Shown here: positions 54,150 to 58,368 of the stretch, in pieces
Position numbering within the stretch: the first letter of the stretch is position 1
Layout of the letters: each line of letters starts with the position of its first letter
Position numbers and translations under genes: made by a program
Notes under the pieces: generated by a model
What the model was told of the DNA's origin: nothing
Seen by the model: only the letters and a program-made list of their open reading frames with translations
Databases searched by the model: none
Source: Bigelowiella natans CCMP2755
Lineage: Eukaryota > Protista > Cercozoa
Assembly (NCBI GenBank): GCA_000320545.1
Contig: ADNK01001868.1
Coordinates: 1 to 58,368, forward strand
Direction: 5' to 3'
DNA length: 58,368 nt

Positions 54150-55478
54150 ATACACACACAGATAGACACACGCAAGCACACAGAGGCATGCACCCACCGC
54201 AGAAGGTTATAGGAGAGGCACGATTTCTCATAGAACTGCTCTTCGAATTCAGCACCTATCGCACAGCAGCAGCAGCAGCAGCAGCAGCCAAATTAATGTG
54301 CCCCTCACAATCTCCCAGAGCATGATGAATACAGGTACAAGATTTGCCAAGATAGATCGCAATAAACATTTCTATCCCCCCCCCCCCCCCCCCCCCTCCT
54401 CTCATCCCTCCACTCTGCGCAACAAATTCTATAGTCGACATCATCTTGTCTCCTCCCCACCTACCTCCCATCGCGTCCATCATGTCCTTCGTGAACTTGA
54501 CTTTCGGGGGGAAGGGCTTCGGATCCCTGAAGATATATATAATCGTAGTAGCGAGAAGCGGTTACGACGATAGTGTCTACCCGTGGGATTGGCAGCAGTA
54601 ATTTTAGAGCGGCTGTTCTTCTTCTTCTTCTTTTTCTTTTTCTTCTTCTTCTTGTGACGATGGGTGTGCTCGACGCACGTATTTACCCCGCCACTACCCG
54701 CCGCACTTCATTGTCTTCTTTATTTATATTAATTTTCTTCTAAGTCTCTCCCCAATTCTCTCCCCGCCCACTCACCAACGCACGCACCCACTCACTCACC
54801 GGCCAAATATGTATCCGAAGTCTATGTGTAACATGTGCCCGTCTTTCGTCAGAAGGATATTGTCCAAGTGCCGGTCTCCGATCGCCAAGATGTACCTGTG
54901 CAGCCGACACTCACTCTCGTCACTCACTGATGCTATAGCCAGTGTTGGATTCGTGGACGATATATATGTGTGTCTATAACACCTCATAGCAAAAACGACG
55001 CAGCAGCAGCATCAGCAGTAGTAGCAGTAGCAGTAGTGGTAGTAGTAGTAGTAATAGTGGTAATAGCATTAGTGATCGAAGTGCATACGTCAGAACTGAG
55101 TAGCCAGCGGAGGAGCGCACCCAGTTGCTCAAGGCGTTTTTAATAAGCTTTGCCTTCGGGTTGTGCTCATGGAGGAACTTGGAGATCTCTTTCCACTCGT
55201 CGATTACGCTCGCTACGGTGCTGCAGCCCGGCACGAATTCCACAACGCCATCTGATGCGCTCCACCCTTGCACGTCAAACGATATTATCTCTAGGTCGAG
55301 CCCTAGGGAAGAATAAGAATAAGGGGGGGGCGGGGGGGGGGGGGGAGGGATCTTCAGATGAGAGGAGGAGAGGGAGGATCGAGTGCATGGGTGTGATAGG
55401 GTGCGGTTCAAGTGCTACTGCTACAACCTCTACTGGCTGTGATCAAAAGACATTTGTTTGATATTTATTATAATCTGC

Positions 55479-55529
<51 letters not shown>

Positions 55530-56893
55530 CGTGTATGCGCTTGTTGATGAGCTATGCCTGTGATAAGTGAGATCGTAACACCACCACCACCATCATAACA
55601 CCCCTTTCTCCCTCCATCTCTTCTATTCGCCACCATTCCTACCACGAGCACTCCTTACTCTCCTCCTCCTCTTTCCACCTATCGCTACTACTAGTGTTAC
55701 CTCGCTTCTTCAGCCTAGAGTCCATGAGCTTCACCAGCTGCATGATCAGCTGGTCTTGCCGCAGATCGTCTCCGTCTTTGAAAATCACCCGCACGAGCTC
55801 CTCCGATTCATGCCGCTGGAAGGCGAGTAGGACCTTTCGGTTGCAGGAAAGGGGGGGGGGGGGGGGGAGGAGGAGATGAGCAAGTGTGAGAACCATTATT
55901 TCCGGAGGATTATGAGGATGTTAAGTGCGGGGGGAAAAGGGGGGGGAGGAGGCGGTTCTTACAGGGAAGGCGTTGGACGCGAATACGGTGGATTTCTCCG
56001 GGACAAGCCCCTGGTTAAGATGTGATGAAGGCGTTAGCTAGGATATGCATTGATGCGAGCAATGACGATGCAGATATGATAACCCCCGTCACTACCATCT
56101 TCCACACAGAGAGACAGAAAGAAACGGGGCGAGAGCAGAAGCAGGAGGAGGACGCAATGCAGTCATCATCATCACCGTGATAAGGACGGAAGGATCCAGA
56201 GGAAATCGCACCTTAATCAACAAAGGAAAGACGCAACTCAATGATAAATAAAAAAAATGTAGATGTATATTATGTGTGTATACATAAATGTGTGTATATA
56301 AAGGCAGCGCCCTCCCATCATCACCCCCCCCCGCCTCCATATTTGTATCTATCGCGTGTTTCGAGCGGTCAGTGGAGGGAGATTGGGAGTCGCCGTCACC
56401 GGTCTCTTGAAGTTGGTGAGGTGTGCAAATTTGCCTCTCTTCTGCAGCGAAGAACGCAGGATCTCGATGCGACGACTCTGTTTGCCGCCCTTCGCTGACA
56501 CCATGCGGCACAGGGAGCGGATTCCCTCCACCTGAGAGTAAACAACAAGAACAACAATTGGGATTGTTATTACAGCAGCAGCAGCAGCAGCAGCAACAAC
56601 AAACAACAAACAAGATGGGGGGGGGGGGGGAAGGAGAGAGAGAGAGGGGTGAAGACTCATATTCGCCACTGTGCTTTTTTTCCTTCTTCTCCTTCTTCTT
56701 TTTCTTCTTCTGTTCTTTCGTTCAAACCATTTCCATTTGTAGCTCGATATCCGCTTTCCATTGTTTCCCCTCCTCTGTCTGGCCGAGGTAGTTGGACCTA
56801 AACAGAGAGTAGTAGCACACAGATGATAATGATGATGATGATGATGATGATTACGCATGCTGCTGCCGCCGCTGCTGTCGATGTTGTTGTTGT

Positions 56894-56928
<35 letters not shown>

Positions 56929-57207
56929 GATGATGATGGTAATGGTGATGATGAAGGATACATACCGAAACTCCTTCAAAACGGCGCTGTACATCTTTGG
57001 CGATTCCGCGGCCTCCACGGTGAGGTACCAATTCACCGCGTTTGCCATTGCCAGCTTTTGTGACGACCTTAGAGGTGGGAGAAGAATAAGCAGAAGAAGA
57101 AGATGAAGAAGGAGAAGTGATAGGGAAAAGAAAGAAGAATGGACGACGGGAGATGCAAAGGCAGTGAAAGGGGGTAAGAGAAGGTGATGACAACTACACA
57201 CCCAAAG

Positions 57208-57257
<50 letters not shown>

Positions 57258-57879
57258 CGGAGAGCAATTGACACATAGCTTCTACACTCCTCCTGACCTC
57301 TTGCAAATGAACGATGAGAGCGGCGATGGATACCTAAAGTGTCATCAAACTATGCATGAGGAAGAGCGCAAAACACACGCACGCGCACAGACGCCACACC
57401 AGCTACTGCCATAACTACGCCTACAACAACAACAACAACTACTACTACTACTACTGCTACTTGTACTACTCACTTGCTTTCGTACTGCAGAGCCTGAACC
57501 AGCAGCATGAGGTACTTTTCGATCTCCTGGTTGGTTTCCTTGTCGAGCTGCTTCACCGCAAACTCACGCACGTCTGGGTTCAAAAAGTCCTCGGAGAGCA
57601 GCTCTAGAGCGTCTTCGCTCGTGACCGTGTTCTCCTTCTCCCACAGCGGCAGCATCTTCAGCGCCTCCTCCCTCTCGTCAGGGTCATTGAACTCCACGCA
57701 CCGCAGGAACCTAGGGGGGGGGGGGAGACGGGGAGGGGGGATGGCAAAATGACATTAAGGTTAGATGGGGGCATCAATGCTTCGGCCTGCAATGATTGTG
57801 TCAGTTGCGTTGTTGCGGCAAGTTACGGACTGCTACTTGCTCAATAATCAGAGCAACACTACGAGATCTCATTCTTGCC

Positions 57880-57910
<31 letters not shown>

Positions 57911-58368
57911 CACATTCATTAGTTGTTGGAAAACGTCGTTGATGGATATGGTGGTTGTCCGAAGAAGCTAGCAGCTCTATTATAGTTCTCCACGGCAGCA
58001 CAAAAATCGTCGGCTATCATCCCCGATTATTGCCAATTTCTCCTCCGCCTCCCCCCCCCCCCCCCCCCTTCTTTTCGTTCTTTTCCTTCCTTTTAAGTTA
58101 TTACTAACAGGGGGGTTCTTTTTGCCCGGACTTCCCACGGAAGCCCTCGTCGGTCTGCTTACTCCTGCCCCTCGAGTAGGGGGGGTATTTGATGGGGGGA
58201 GCCCCCTCATGCGTTGGGTATTTGGGATGTCGTTGCGTGGGATGTTTGGGGGGGGGTCTTTATTAGTGGGGGGGGGGTTTGTGTATTTTTTTCTAGTCCC
58301 GAGTGAAGTTTATATACGTACCTGTTCTTTTGATTATCATAATGTAAAACAGGAGTGATAATTCTCGT
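53417..58368 (-). CDS. VPS34: Class III phosphatidylinositol 3-kinase (Vps34-like); 5' part outside the window
   Basis: Helical domain [18 protein letters not shown]...[12 protein letters not shown] and WYLTVE. Kinase motifs [22 protein letters not shown]|[21 protein letters not shown]|RDPKPFPP (Vps34-type activation loop). Confidence 0.92.

Noticed and set aside
1480-58358. Many ORF-track entries with [16 protein letters not shown], poly-L, poly-H or poly-M runs
   Set aside because: They are translations of intronic microsatellites or antisense shadows of real exons.
1-58368. tRNA, rRNA or snoRNA genes; poly-G tracts as functional G-quadruplexes
   Set aside because: No recognisable RNA gene by eye (tRNAscan-SE and Infernal would be needed to exclude them). 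The G/C runs fit the general intronic simple-repeat background.

Overview
Compact, intron-rich eukaryotic nuclear DNA, read by eye with manual splicing, so exon boundaries are approximate. Three genes have signal peptide + transit-peptide-like leaders, pointing to an alga with a complex plastid, most plausibly a chlorarachniophyte (inference). About 14-15 genes, in order: partial hypothetical (+), organellar HisRS (-), tandem 9-Cys protein (+), plastid-targeted hypothetical (-), hypothetical ORF possibly joined to a cyclin A/B (+), GRAM-VASt sterol transfer protein (-), degenerate PIP5K-like protein (+), AHSA1-domain protein (-), atypical galactokinase (+), plastid LETM1-like protein (-), sphingosine-1-phosphate lyase (+), coiled-coil hypothetical (-), FKBP12 with CaaX tail (+), Vps34-type PI3K (-, runs off the window). 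The most striking signal is architectural. Genes alternate strand almost perfectly. Tail-to-tail spacers are mostly ~800 bp and rich in short palindromes (CTAG, GCTAGC, ATGCAT, GCATGC). Head-to-head spacers carry recurring CGACA words. Long microsatellites sit almost only in introns. I recognised no RNA genes, CRISPR arrays or mobile elements.
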